DNA of 62,986 nucleotides, filler included, from Bigelowiella natans CCMP2755 (GCA_000320545.1; 8 parts of 8 records of this genome joined end to end with filler, not necessarily neighbours in it), one strand, 5' to 3'; positions 46,400 to 57,694 are shown, counted from the whole stretch's first letter. Notes: generated by a model from the sequence alone, not told the origin. Numbers and translations: made by a program.

Positions 46400-48400
46400 G
46401 ATATCCTCCCATCCCTTGCGTAACGCCATCAAGGCCCGTCCCCCAGTAAGAAACGGTCATGTTAAGCTTCAAATTCACAATCATTTGGTTAATAACGCCT
46501 TTATCGAAAGTGGGGTCCTCGCTCTTAATGTCCATACAGTTGTTTCCGACACCTAACAAGGGAGATGATCGCACAATTCTAGTGAGAGGAAAGGCCAGCT
46601 TGACGAGGGGGGGGGGGGGAGGGGCGGGTGATTCAGACGAAAACTCTTAAAACAGATGTAGCAAGGTGTCTTGGGATTCGCAGGTTGCGATAATTAGCAA
46701 AGCTGAACAGTTTATTAGGAAGTATTCCGCAGAGAGATACCTTCCGGATTCCATGGGGAGCACCATGGCGGCGTGAAATTTCCGATCTGCTGTATCGTAG
46801 GCTGGTTGACAATCGCAGAGTCGTTGTGAGCTGCATAGTACGCGACGATTTCCGGTCTCTTGAAAACTGACCAGAATCTATCGAGGAGCGGGTTGGGGGG
46901 GGGGAGGGGGGAGGAGGGGTGTTGCACGTTGAAGATTGAAGATGGGTAGCTTTAAATGTTTTGGGAAAGAAGAGGCATTCCCCCAACATGTCGTTGCATG
47001 CTATGGCGCAGAAGACAGCTGGGCGATTACAAGATTGAACATTCGTTTTTAGATGTTCAAATGATGAGAAAGAATGACATGCAGGCATCCTTTCAAGATG
47101 CGTTGTGCGGCCATGGGGCGGAAAGTAAATTTTCGTTAATCTCTCGCGCAGCTTACAAGTAGCTGTCTTGCGCCATCGAGCCAAGTGCCACGTTTCCCGG
47201 ACCGAATGGGGGGGGGGCGCTATAGATTCCGTTGTAAATCTGCCCAGTGTACTCTGGAACATACACCCCTCCCTGCACAGTATATCCTACAAAACCGACG
47301 TCATCGACCTGAAGGAGGGGGGGGTTGGTGGTGGGGAGGATGAGGCATCAAGAGATGTCTAAAGTAAGAAGACAGAAATGGCTTGCAATGCTCTGTCGTA
47401 ATCATCATCGCCATCATTATTATCGTCGTCGTCATCATTATCCGGTGTAATAGAATTTAGAAGTTGCAACCGTTTGCTCATTTTGAATAAATTGCGCCTC
47501 GTCCTGCGGATAAACGTCCAGGTTATACTCAGAAAGCACGTCCGTATACCCTGAGAGCCGAGGGAGGTGTGAAGGGGGGTACAAAGCAGGAAGTAGCGTA
47601 ACACAGAACTGTCAATTAGTATTCATTCTATGCCCAAGCTAACAATAATATCTTGGGCAGGCATATCTTTCTTCTTGCGCTTAACATTCCCACTCATCAC
47701 CGTTCTTGATGCGCGCCATTGCGTTGTCCCCGCTAATGCCGCATGTCCACGCCACGTCGAACCCAAGGATCTCCTTCGCAATGATACCAGTAGTCTATGT
47801 AGTCGTTCAGAAAGACCGATTGTTCAACCAAGCATCGTACGTTTCTTCGAAACACCATCTGTTGGGTTGGGAGGGGGGGGGGGGGGGGGTTTGAGATTCC
47901 ACCATAGCTGATATCATGCTTGACGGCCACAGATGCATCTCGATGTTCAGCTTTGCGCCCTCCCGGTTGGCTGGGTTGATCCCAAGCGCATGAAGTTCGG
48001 AGTCGCTGAAACACGTATTGCTCTGTCGGGTGGGGGGTGGTAGGAGGCCAACAACAGCAACACCGACAATAAAAAAGAGTTACTATTGAAAAATCAGACA
48101 AGATAAACAGAGATCGTGTGCACTAACAAAGAGCTGGATAAGTTTTCCCTGTGAAGAAAGTGGACCTTGAAGTCGTTGATGGGTACAGTGTGCAAGGGCA
48201 AACACACGCAAGGGCATGTCGGGCCCGTTATAAACGAGAATCCTTGCCCGTCGACCGTCGATGCGGCGAACGCCAACAGTGATAAAAGCACGAGCATATG
48301 GTTTATCTTCTAGTTCTTCGAAGAATCCTTCTGATTCTGAACAAGATCGTTTTGACAGCATGAGTTTAGGGAGAGCTCGCAAAATCCATTGCACCAACCC
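46400..48400 (-). CDS. Partial multi-exon protein with ProX/OpuAC-like (glycine-betaine-type) substrate-binding domain
   Basis: Exons give KLNIEMHLWCFEET, TTGIIAKEILGFDVAWTCGISGDNAMARIKNG (47794..47701), YTDVLSE, VDDVGFVGYTVQGGVYVPEYT (from 47308), CMDIKSEDPTFDKG, KLNMTVSYWG. Start and 3' part unresolved. Confidence 0.55.
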
Positions 48401-49416
48401 AAGTTCATTCACTGCCTGCTCGGCCATACCCTCCCCCCATTCATTCACAGATAACCCCCCTCCCCCCTCCCTACTTTCCTGTATCCTCCGTGATTTCTTC
48501 CGCTGGCCTCACTACAAACGTACCCTACAGCGCCACGCGTCACCGCTGAGCGATTTGGACGCGTATTTGGGAGTTCTTCGGGGTTGTGGCGTGGATGCTC
48601 AGCGAGAGAGGTAGTCGGCGAAGGAACAAATACGATCGAATTATAACCTACGACAAGCTATTATCATCGTCGCAGCGATTTTTCTCGCTCATGCGCCTGT
48701 CGCACTTCCCAAGACCCAGGGCGAACGACATCGGCGGCAGACTGGGCATTTCTGGACTCGCGGACACTTGACAGAATATGTAACGGCGACGGGGCGTCAA
48801 ACGTCAAGCGACTATCTTTTGGAGACGTTTTTTGTGCGTGCGACATCTAAGATGTAACTTATGTTATGAGAAAAGCGGTCCGAATGTAGGAAAACGCGCA
48901 TACCCGCATCAAATGCTCGAATTTCGTCGCACATTTCCTCGTCTGGCGCTTGTTGCGGCAGTGAAGACTCCGATACGAGAGAGTTGTCTTTTTTTTTTGG
49001 TAATTTGCCGGTAGGGAGTGAGTACGATGCAAAGATAGGGTTCGGAGGCATTTCTACGATAAATTTAGGCACAGGTTTTAGCCCAACAACAAACACCAAA
49101 AACCAAAAAGGAAAAGAGAGTTTGTTGTTATTGTTTTATCTCTGTCGCAGCGCAAAAATTCGCATCGCTTTGTGAAGTTTTCGGGACGAAAAGCATCACA
49201 AAAACCAAGCCAAGCCGACGGCAGGACCCCGAATCAATCTTGCGACAAGAAAGAAAACACATTTTTTAATTGGATTTCAGGGGATTTCCTAGGATTTCTC
49301 CATAAATAATCTACCAGAAAATATCTCCTCAGCACATTTCGGATCGGAGCTTCCGTCCCTCCTACCCCCCGCCCCCCCGCGCTTTGTCGAAACACTAAGA
49401 GTTGGAAAGAATAACG

Positions 49417-50158
49417 ATGGAGAGACTTGATAGGATCACAGGACACTTGCGGTATGTTCGACCGAAGCAATGAGAGAGGATATCATCGTCGACGCGGGCT
49501 AAGGGGATGGGGGGAACTCGGAACCCAATCTTTCCTTCACAGGTTTTCGGAGTCGGCAAGGCTGAGCAATTCTTCTGGCTCGAGAGAGGATGTGTACGTG
49601 CTGTCCGCGGTGCGGACACCAATGGGGTCCTTTGGAGGGGGGCTATCGTCACTCAAGTCTACCAAGCTAGGTTGTGTTTTATCCGAGCGCCGACAGCTTC
49701 GTCCTTGTTGCTTCAATGATGAAACTACATTAGGCAGCCTCGCGATCCGAGCAGCGCTTGAAAAAGCTGGGATCAAGGGGGAGGAGGTTTTATCGATCTA
49801 GTCGAGATATGCGAGAATAAGCGATAGCTCTATGCGTAACTTTCGGAGAAGGCCAGTTCTCGTTGTTGCATCTGTTTTTCTGCTATTACAAGATGATATG
49901 CACATACGACGCCTCTTCCCAACGAAGGGGCCACTTGCTGAGCATACGTGGTAGGATGAAAGGGAGTGCCCTTGTCCGTCTCATACCCGTGCGAGAAAAT
50001 CAGCACTCAGTGCGCGAATTCAACGACAGGTTGACGAAGTCTTCATGGGTAATGTACTCAGCGCCGGTCTTGGGCAGGTGAACGACTGCTCTCTCTCTCT
50101 CTCTCTCTCTCCCTCCCTCCCTCTCTCTTTCTCTCTCACTCGCTCTATCTCTCACTAT

Positions 50159-50230
<72 letters not shown>

Positions 50231-50540
50231 TAGGAGAGATACACATGCACGACAAGCAACACTGACAACTTACCTGCCTCCTCATTTCTCACATGTACGC
50301 TTGCTTACGGCTACCCACAGGCACCAGCACGTCAAGCAGCCCTAGGAGGGGGGGTGGCAACGAGCACTCCGTGCACAACTATCAATAAAGTAGTGAAGAA
50401 AGTGGCACGGCGTGCATAATTCAATACATAATGGCGCTTGCAGCTCCTCGATCGCTTTGAGTCGCCAATGATATAGCTTTTGTTGTTTTTGCATTTCGTG
50501 GATATATACCACCGCACATGCACATACATACGCACGCACG

Positions 50541-50571
<31 letters not shown>

Positions 50572-50704
50572 AAGCACACACAATCAACCACAGGTGTGCT
50601 CGTCTGGAATGAAGGCGATTGAGATGGGAATGAATGCTATCATGTAGTATTCTTTACACGCCAGCTTGTAGTTCGTCTTGTGCACGTCAGAGACCGATCG
50701 TCCA

Positions 50705-50740
<36 letters not shown>

Positions 50741-50933
50741 ATATAGAATATATATATATATATATATATATATTGTGTTTATATGATATGATCTAGGCTC
50801 GGAAAGTGCGATGTCGTTGTGTGCGGGTACTGCTCAGAGAATAGCGAGAATGATGCTAATTAATAGCCAGTATACATGTGATATATGTGCATTCAATCAA
50901 CTACGTACTTCATGTATATGTTCTAATTATACA

Positions 50934-50972
<39 letters not shown>

Positions 50973-51308
50973 TATATATATATATCCTCACACATCGGCA
51001 ACACACGCTTCTTGCTGTAAAAAAATCCGTTCAAATACTCAGCGGGATGGAATCGATGTCTTCGGCCCCTTTTTTATCCCCAAAGCACCGCTTCGGAGCT
51101 CGTATCGGCCACGATAAACTAGTAGGCCGCCAAGTGTATTGCTGATGCATTGTTGGTGATTTTGCATCCTTTTTCTTCCACCAAGGACGCGACAGCATGT
51201 GTGCGTTGGCATGTGTATAGACTAACACTTACTGTACTTTGCCGGGTTATGAAGCGGCAGCTGTTTTTGTGTAAGAAATCGGTTTGTGCACATATCGTGT
51301 CTAATGGG

Positions 51309-51353
<45 letters not shown>

Positions 51354-51575
51354 CTATCTATCTATCCCCCTTATTTCCTCGTCTTTTCTCGTTCTAAACA
51401 ACAGATTGACAGTATGATGTGCGATGGACTTACCGATGCGTACAGCAAGAAGGTAGGTGCGCATGAGGCGCTCGTGATAATGATGATGATGATGGTGATG
51501 ACGATGGTGATGCTGATGGTAATGATGTGGAAACAATACAAATATATATGATGAAACTTAAGTATATATATGTAC

Positions 51576-51612
<37 letters not shown>

Positions 51613-51951
51613 CCCTGGAAAACAGGCGATGGGATTTGCTGGGGAACTGTGCGCTGATAAGATGAAGATAACGAGGTGATGCATTTGGAAATGCATGCAT
51701 GCTTGCTTCATTGATTCTGCGGCAACCAACATACCTAAGGCCGTTTTGGGTTTATTTACATTATCTCTTCATCCCCCCCCCCCCCCCCCCTCTCCCCGCT
51801 CTCTCTCTCTCTCTCTCTCTCTCGTGTATGTGAGTGTGTGTTTCTTCATTCTTTGTACTGACTGGTATACATACAATAATGCTGTGTGTGCCTGCAGGGA
51901 AGAACAAGACGCGTATGCGCTGCAGAGCTATGAGCGTGCGAAGAAAGCATA

Positions 51952-52009
<58 letters not shown>

Positions 52010-52297
52010 TACAATTAATAAAATATCTAAATAATACGCACACACAAACACACACGTATTCGTATATATATAAATATTGGCATTTACCACAAAATCTGCC
52101 ATCGCTATGCTTCATGCGCCTTGAGTAAATTAAAGAGATGCTACGAGATCACTAAGTCAATGAATAAATCAACGAATTGAGGCTCTTTCATCACGTATAG
52201 GAGAGCGGCGCTTTCGAGCAGGAGATTCTCCCTGTCACGGTGGCAGCCACTGCACAATACCTGCAAATCAATAAATGAAGCGTATTTTGTGCGTGTA

Positions 52298-52335
<38 letters not shown>

Positions 52336-52347
52336 TGTGGAAGATAT

Positions 52348-52392
<45 letters not shown>

Positions 52393-52651
52393 GTTAATAC
52401 AAGCATTTCGTCGTCGTAAACTAGCTGTACTTATCTTGTTTATGTTTTCCTTTCATCCTTAGATTAAAGGACGCAAAGGCAAAGTAACAGTGGTGGCGAA
52501 AGACGAAGAGGCTAATCGGGTATACTTATACCTACCTACCCCTTCCCTCCACAAAGCACACACACAATCCCCTTTACCACTGCTGTGATCGTCGTTGTGC
52601 TTGTAAGGAGGCGTCTCATGTGAATAAGGGGCAGACACATTATACGATATA

Positions 52652-52688
<37 letters not shown>

Positions 52689-52821
52689 TATAATTTATCG
52701 ACCCTTGCACGGAAAATTGATTCTGCTATGCCCCCCCTCTTCCTTCCCTCCCCTCCTCCCTCCTCCACCTTTACAGAAAGTGTCAAATATTTCCAAATTG
52801 AGGCCTGCATTTGATCCAAAG
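49417..52821 (+). CDS. ACAT1: Acetyl-CoA C-acetyltransferase (thiolase II), partial at 3' end, N-terminal PTS2
   Basis: MERLDRITGHL|RFSES...DVYVLSAVRTPMGSFGG; VDEVFMGNVLSAGLGQ; APARQAALG; PCTTINKVCSSGMKAI (catalytic Cys); GGMESMS; DSMMCDGLTDAY; MGFAGELCA; REEQDAYALQSYERA; KLRPAF. Confidence 0.95.
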
Positions 52822-52894
52822 GTATCTTGCCAAATCTGTTAGAATAATCTTAAATTTCCTATCATATAAGTTTTACGTCTATACATATTATATA

Positions 52895-52936
<42 letters not shown>

Positions 52937-53009
52937 AAGATTAAGGGAGAGAGAACATACCGGGAAGAGATGCTTCGATGATGCTCCGTGCTAACCCTAA
53001 TGTTCACCT

Positions 53010-53242
53010 ATTGCCTCTACATTTCCGATATTTTACATGTGTACACCTAATCTCCAGATAACTGTCACAGATGTGTAATAGAGGCTTGCACGTTTCTAGC
53101 ACATTATCGATCTTGTGTCAGGGGATAGGAAACAGACCTGCAACAGATGCATATATCAGGCGCTTGTGCTATCTTGATGTAAAACCATTGTCTCTCATTT
53201 CGGATATTTTACGGGTGTACACTATCTCAAGATAACTGTCAC
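53010..53242. repeat. Degenerate direct repeat, about 58 bp, 177-bp spacing, next to the contig break
   Basis: ATTG.CTCT.CATTT.GATATTTTAC..GTGTACAC.TA.CTC.AGATAACTGTCAC at 53010-53068 and 53187-53242. Confidence 0.85.
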
Positions 53243-53268
53243 TACTGATTACTACTGTCTTCATTATT

Positions 53269-53368
53269 NNNNNNNNNNNNNNNNNNNNNNNNNNNNNNNN
53301 NNNNNNNNNNNNTTAATTAATTAANNNNNNNNNNNNNNNNNNNNNNNNNNNNNNNNNNNNNNNNNNNN
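53269..53368. other. Artificial contig spacer
   Basis: N44-TTAATTAATTAA-N44. Confidence 0.98.
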
Positions 53369-53499
53369 AATTTTGAGAACACCCATTTTTAGCGTGCCCC
53401 CCCCCTCCCCCCCCCCCCCCCCCCCCTTTTTTTAACACACATTCCCCTAATAGTTTGGAATACGATCCAATTCCCAATCCATTCTTTGGGATTAAATCC

Positions 53500-53931
53500 C
53501 ACGATAATATACATACCCTCCTCGTTTTGAAGTTGGACGCCATCATCCTTGGCCTGCAACGGAGAAACAACATCAAGGAGGGGGCTTATTACAAGAAGGA
53601 GAAGAAGAAGAACCCACAGCTGTGCGGCTGTAGGGGGAGGACGGAAAATCGCAGCAACGTAGCAGACAAGGACCTGCTTGAATAGGAGCAGAGCCGATTT
53701 CCAGTTGTCCTCCTCGAGGAAACTTTCAATCCCTGAGAGGAGGATCAAACGCCGTGTAGAGATCGAGTAAGCTTTTTGTACAATGATGTAGAGAACGGGG
53801 GGGGGGGAGGGGGACGAAGCGAGCGGCACGCTAGAAATGCGTCTTCTCAATATTCAGTGCGTTGCTTCAGGGTACTGTGGAAGAATCGCTAGCGAAGAAG
53901 AATTGCAGATCATGTGATGATGACGTGTGCG

Positions 53932-53975
<44 letters not shown>

Positions 53976-54577
53976 ATACACATAGACGCATACATATTAT
54001 ATTGGTTCATAAACTTAACAAGTCTAAAATCCCTCACAAGGCAATATGCGTGTGAATCAAGAAAGGCAATTCCATGCGCGCCCACCCACCCTGCTTTAGC
54101 TCTGATTTGTCGTCCAGGGAGGGGGATGAGGTCCCCTCGCAAGACGATGAGGACGCAGATGGAGACGACGTAGACTGCTCAGCAGGTCGCGCACCCCCAC
54201 CCTGTGAGATAGGCAGAAAGGGAAGAGGGGGTGGGGCGTCAGGGCGGTATAGAGACAGCATTTCGGTAAAGAACACGTTTTCTCACCTCTTTTGTATCTA
54301 AGTTAGAGCGATGAGTAGAGGATGTGGACGTTTTCACCCCCCTCACTAGGGCGATGGGGCCCCTGCCACGCGCCTTTGCTAATACAGAGAGCGCTGACTC
54401 ATGCGCCCCCCCTCCTATGAGGTGATGGCGAGAGATTCGACGCATACATCGGCAGGTGTACTGGCTGTAGCATTGCAAATGTACTTGAGATAAAAGGCTT
54501 TGAGGGGTAGGTGGTTTTCCTATGCCTCTCCTTCTGAGGCGGGGGGCGGAGCGTGCGCTCATAGGAGCCTGCCCCAT
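53500..54577 (-). CDS. Possible 5' part of a multi-exon hypothetical gene
   Basis: GT-AG-bounded exons IESFLEEDNWKSALLLFKQ and AKDDGVQLQNEE; candidate ATG at 54577. Not connected into a full model. Confidence 0.25.
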
Positions 54578-54780
54578 TCTTCTTTACCGTTGTGGATCGA
54601 TCGATGAGCTATGATAACGTAGGAAATAAATTTAGGATGTTTTGCCATATTTATATTATTTAGAATTTCTTTAGGCTGACGGATTTAGTCTGGTTTGGAT
54701 TCCGGGGATCGAATATGACTAAATTTAGAACTAAAAACATCTTAAAACATATACAAAAATTAGCATCAGTAGCAGGCGCA

Positions 54781-55334
54781 ATGGCTGCCAGGGCTCTGTT
54801 CCCTGCCTTTTCTCAGATGCAAATGGGGATGTGTGCTCGGCTTTGGCGAAAGCGGGGCAATGGCTACCTGGCAAGATTGTTTGCTTCGCAGGTGGTGGTG
54901 CTGCGCTACCTTCGTGGAAGTAAAGAATGGCTGACGCACGTGTATGTTATTTTTGCAGAAGGCGTGTTCGAGCTCCGCCGATCACTTCGAGCTACTGGCC
55001 ATGTAAAGCCCCTTTCCCAAGCCCCCCTTGCCTTGCTGTTTATGAATATGGATTGTCTCATTCGAATGCTGAGCAACTAGCCGTGGGGGGTGGGGGGGGG
55101 GATAGCCTGTGGCGTCCTGCAGGCCACATCTTGTTTCCTCCCTGTTTTGTGTCCTTCATCATTCATCTAGATTGGTGAGCATTTCATCTCTCACCACAGC
55201 CGTGTTGCGTTCTCCCCCCCTTCCCTTGTCACCACAGCCCGAGGCATTTTGATATAGATCTGAAAGCTCTCGAGATGAGTTATAAAAAGCTGCAGCAGAA
55301 GCACCATCCTGACCAGTATGCTACAAAGACGAAG
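54781..55334 (+). CDS. HSCB: Fe-S cluster co-chaperone HscB/Jac1/HSC20 (J-domain), partial
   Basis: Spliced KACSSSADHFELLAIPRHFDIDLKALEMSYKKLQQKHHPDQYATK (HPD motif; exon 55238..55334), preceded by an Arg/Ala-rich mitochondrial-like leader. Confidence 0.75.
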
Positions 55335-55513
55335 GTTGATATTTTCGCTCATAACCCCATTATCAAGATCGATACGCCGCCTACGAGATTTGTCGTCCTT
55401 TGAACCCCACGCATTCTTGTCCCAGGGCTGAAGATGTCGATGTTTTCTGTGAAGCGAAGACTACGCTCAAATTTGACCCCCCCCCCACCCCCCCCACCAC
55501 ACACGACGACGAC

Positions 55514-55613
55514 NNNNNNNNNNNNNNNNNNNNNNNNNNNNNNNNNNNNNNNNNNNNTTAATTAATTAANNNNNNNNNNNNNNNNNNNNNNNNNNNNNNN
55601 NNNNNNNNNNNNN
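55514..55613. other. Artificial contig spacer
   Basis: N44-TTAATTAATTAA-N44. Confidence 0.98.
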
Positions 55614-55615
55614 CC

Positions 55616-57643
55616 CCTACCTACGCTAGGACTGCAGCTGCTTTTACTACTGCTTACCGGAAGGAGAACTCTGTAGGCCTCAGCTTCGCTAAGGTGTGGG
55701 CCAAGGCTGGCCTTGATGCCCACTTCGATAACCTAATAAAGTTATGCAGCAACACCCTATTGAATGCTAAGCTAGACACTACTAGACCAGCTACCCTATG
55801 GACAGACTGGTCTAAGCTAGGTATGGCTGCTGTACTTACCCAAGACCAGCAGATCATACGGGTGTGGGGCAGGGCCTGCACAGCAGCTGAGGCCAAGTAC
55901 AGCCCTACAAAAGGAGAGTATAAAGCCATGACTGAGGCGCAGAGGAAACTAAGATACTACCTGCTGTCGGTGCCCAGCTTCACCTTAATGACTGACCACA
56001 AGCCCCTCCTAGGCATCGACCGCAAGCTCGAAGCGCCTAACGATGAGTATGCAGCTATGAGGGCGGACACGGAAGAGTTTAGGGACAAGAGGACAGTGGT
56101 CTACGCACCAGGAGACAAGCAGCTTGCTGACTATTTCAGCAGGCTGTTCGAAAAGAAAGTCCCTACCCAGGTCACCCCTATGGTTAACGCGATTACCTTC
56201 GAGGACGGCGACTTCCTGCCTGAGCCAGAGGAGCTCCAGCACCTTCAAGAACACCTGGATAAATACAAACACAAGCATGAGGTACTTAGTGATAGGATAT
56301 ATGTATACACTAATAATGTTAGGCGTACCTACGTGCCACGGCGGACCAGGGGAGCCCTTCTCTTTACCGCCCATGGACCTGCACACGTAGGAGAAAACCA
56401 TATCACTGCTCTACTCTACCATTACTACTGGCCCTACAAGCTAAAAGAGATAAGGACATACCTGCGTGGCTGCAGGTGCTCCAGCTTGAAGGCGGCAGGC
56501 GTCGCCACCAAGGAGTCCAGCAAGAGCCGTGCATCTAAGAAAATCAAAGCAAGGAACTTCTTAGATATCGTGCAAATTGATGTTTATAAGTACGATGGCT
56601 ATCACTACCTTACCTTCGTTGATGTGGCCACTGGAAAGTGCTGGGTTAAAAAGATTATCAAGGTCAACGTTGCTAAGAAGAACAAAGGCTTATATAAGCA
56701 GAGGCTTACTAACTGCTACCGTACCTGGGAGTCTGAGCTCCAGGCTATCCCTGATGAAGTTAGCATAAACAAGATACCAAAGAAGTTACATGTGGATAAT
56801 GAGACCTCTCTTCTACAGCTACCACACCCTAATATTGATGCCTCACCTGTATACTATGCCCAGTCCAACTCCAAGGTAGAGCGACTCCACCGCACCTTGG
56901 CCAACCTAAGCAGGATAAATAGCACCACACCAGACAAGATACAAGGGTTAGTAAACGACACCTTCACGTCTGGGGGAGGTATCAAGGATAAGGAGAGGGA
57001 AGAAGGCGACGACAACGACGACGATACCGAGAGCGAAGACGAGAAGGTCCCGTACGATGGCCGAGTTCTAAAGGAAGGACAGTATGTTAGGGCCAAGGTA
57101 AATCTGAGATCGAGAAATAAACAAGACCCCTTCTGGGGTGGCGTTGCAAAGGTTACCGAGAGGAAGGGGAGGAAGCAGTACTACATCTATGATGGGAACA
57201 GGGTCACCTTGCGCCACATCAGTCACCTAAAGAATTATGATATCGGTGAGAAGCTCCTAGAGGATGTTAAAGTAAACCCTACTGTGTGGGAGCGAGCAAT
57301 GCCTTGTTTAGGACCCCGACCTAAGTTCGATGTGGAATATGGAAACAATAAGGTCAGGGTGAACGACGATTGGCGCATGAAGATTGTCTATCTAGGCTAC
57401 CCTGGATTACGAAATATGGAGAGGGTAGCTATGAAAATAAAGGACGGAAAATATCAGCTACTCTACCTAGCTGTTCCCGACTTACCCTTTGAGCACTGGT
57501 ATAAGGTCCTGGGGGACCTTGATGCAGAGGGCTGGTATGGACACGAACCTAAGGACGAAGGTGAGTTCTGGGTAAGCGACAAAGGAGATAAGGTTAGAGA
57601 GGAATCTATTACCTGGTGGTTGGTGAAGTTCCGAAAGCGATGA
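55616..57643 (+). CDS. pol: Pol polyprotein C-terminal part: RNase H, HH-CC integrase, SH3-like region, Dam/DIRS-MT-like tail
   Basis: RNase H acidic residues in LWTDWS, KGEYKAM, MTDHKPL, LADYFSR. Zinc-binding AHGPAHVG...CRC. Integrase core VQIDV...FVDVATG...HVDNE...QSNSKVERLHRTL. DPFWGG...HISHLKNY. The frame is also open upstream of the track's GTG at 55694 (PTYARTAAAF...). Confidence 0.9.
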   Translation, partial: PTYARTAAAFTTAYRKENSVGLSFAKVWAKAGLDAHFDNLIKLCSNTLLNAKLDTTRPATLWTDWSKLGMAAVLTQDQQIIRVWGRACTAAEAKYSPTKGEYKAMTEAQRKLRYYLLSVPSFTLMTDHKPLLGIDRKLEAPNDEYAAMRADTEEFRDKRTVVYAPGDKQLADYFSRLFEKKVPTQVTPMVNAITFEDGDFLPEPEELQHLQEHLDKYKHKHEVLSDRIYVYTNNVRRTYVPRRTRGALLFTAHGPAHVGENHITALLYHYYWPYKLKEIRTYLRGCRCSSLKAAGVATKESSKSRASKKIKARNFLDIVQIDVYKYDGYHYLTFVDVATGKCWVKKIIKVNVAKKNKGLYKQRLTNCYRTWESELQAIPDEVSINKIPKKLHVDNETSLLQLPHPNIDASPVYYAQSNSKVERLHRTLANLSRINSTTPDKIQGLVNDTFTSGGGIKDKEREEGDDNDDDTESEDEKVPYDGRVLKEGQYVRAKVNLRSRNKQDPFWGGVAKVTERKGRKQYYIYDGNRVTLRHISHLKNYDIGEKLLEDVKVNPTVWERAMPCLGPRPKFDVEYGNNKVRVNDDWRMKIVYLGYPGLRNMERVAMKIKDGKYQLLYLAVPDLPFEHWYKVLGDLDAEGWYGHEPKDEGEFWVSDKGDKVREESITWWLVKFRKR

Positions 57644-57686
57644 AGGTCTAAGGGAATAAGGAAGGAAGGAAGGAGCAACGTGACTT

Positions 57687-57694
57687 GGGGGAGG
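57687..57694 (+). promoter_or_regulatory. Polypurine tract (plus-strand primer)
   Basis: GGGGGAGG immediately before TGTAG. Confidence 0.7.

Noticed and set aside
47701-47794. Possible 18-23-nt nucleomorph-style intron
   Set aside because: The exon reads through in frame (ISGDNAMARIKN) once the G run is counted correctly; no micro-intron is needed.
41217-53242. Spaced repeats (41217-41347, 53010-53242) as CRISPR-like arrays
   Set aside because: Units are degenerate, lack unique spacers, lie in eukaryotic introns, and no cas genes are present.
56009-57096. Minus-strand and off-frame ORFs within pol (130, 88, 63, 80 aa)
   Set aside because: Shadows of the pol frame; no recognisable domain.
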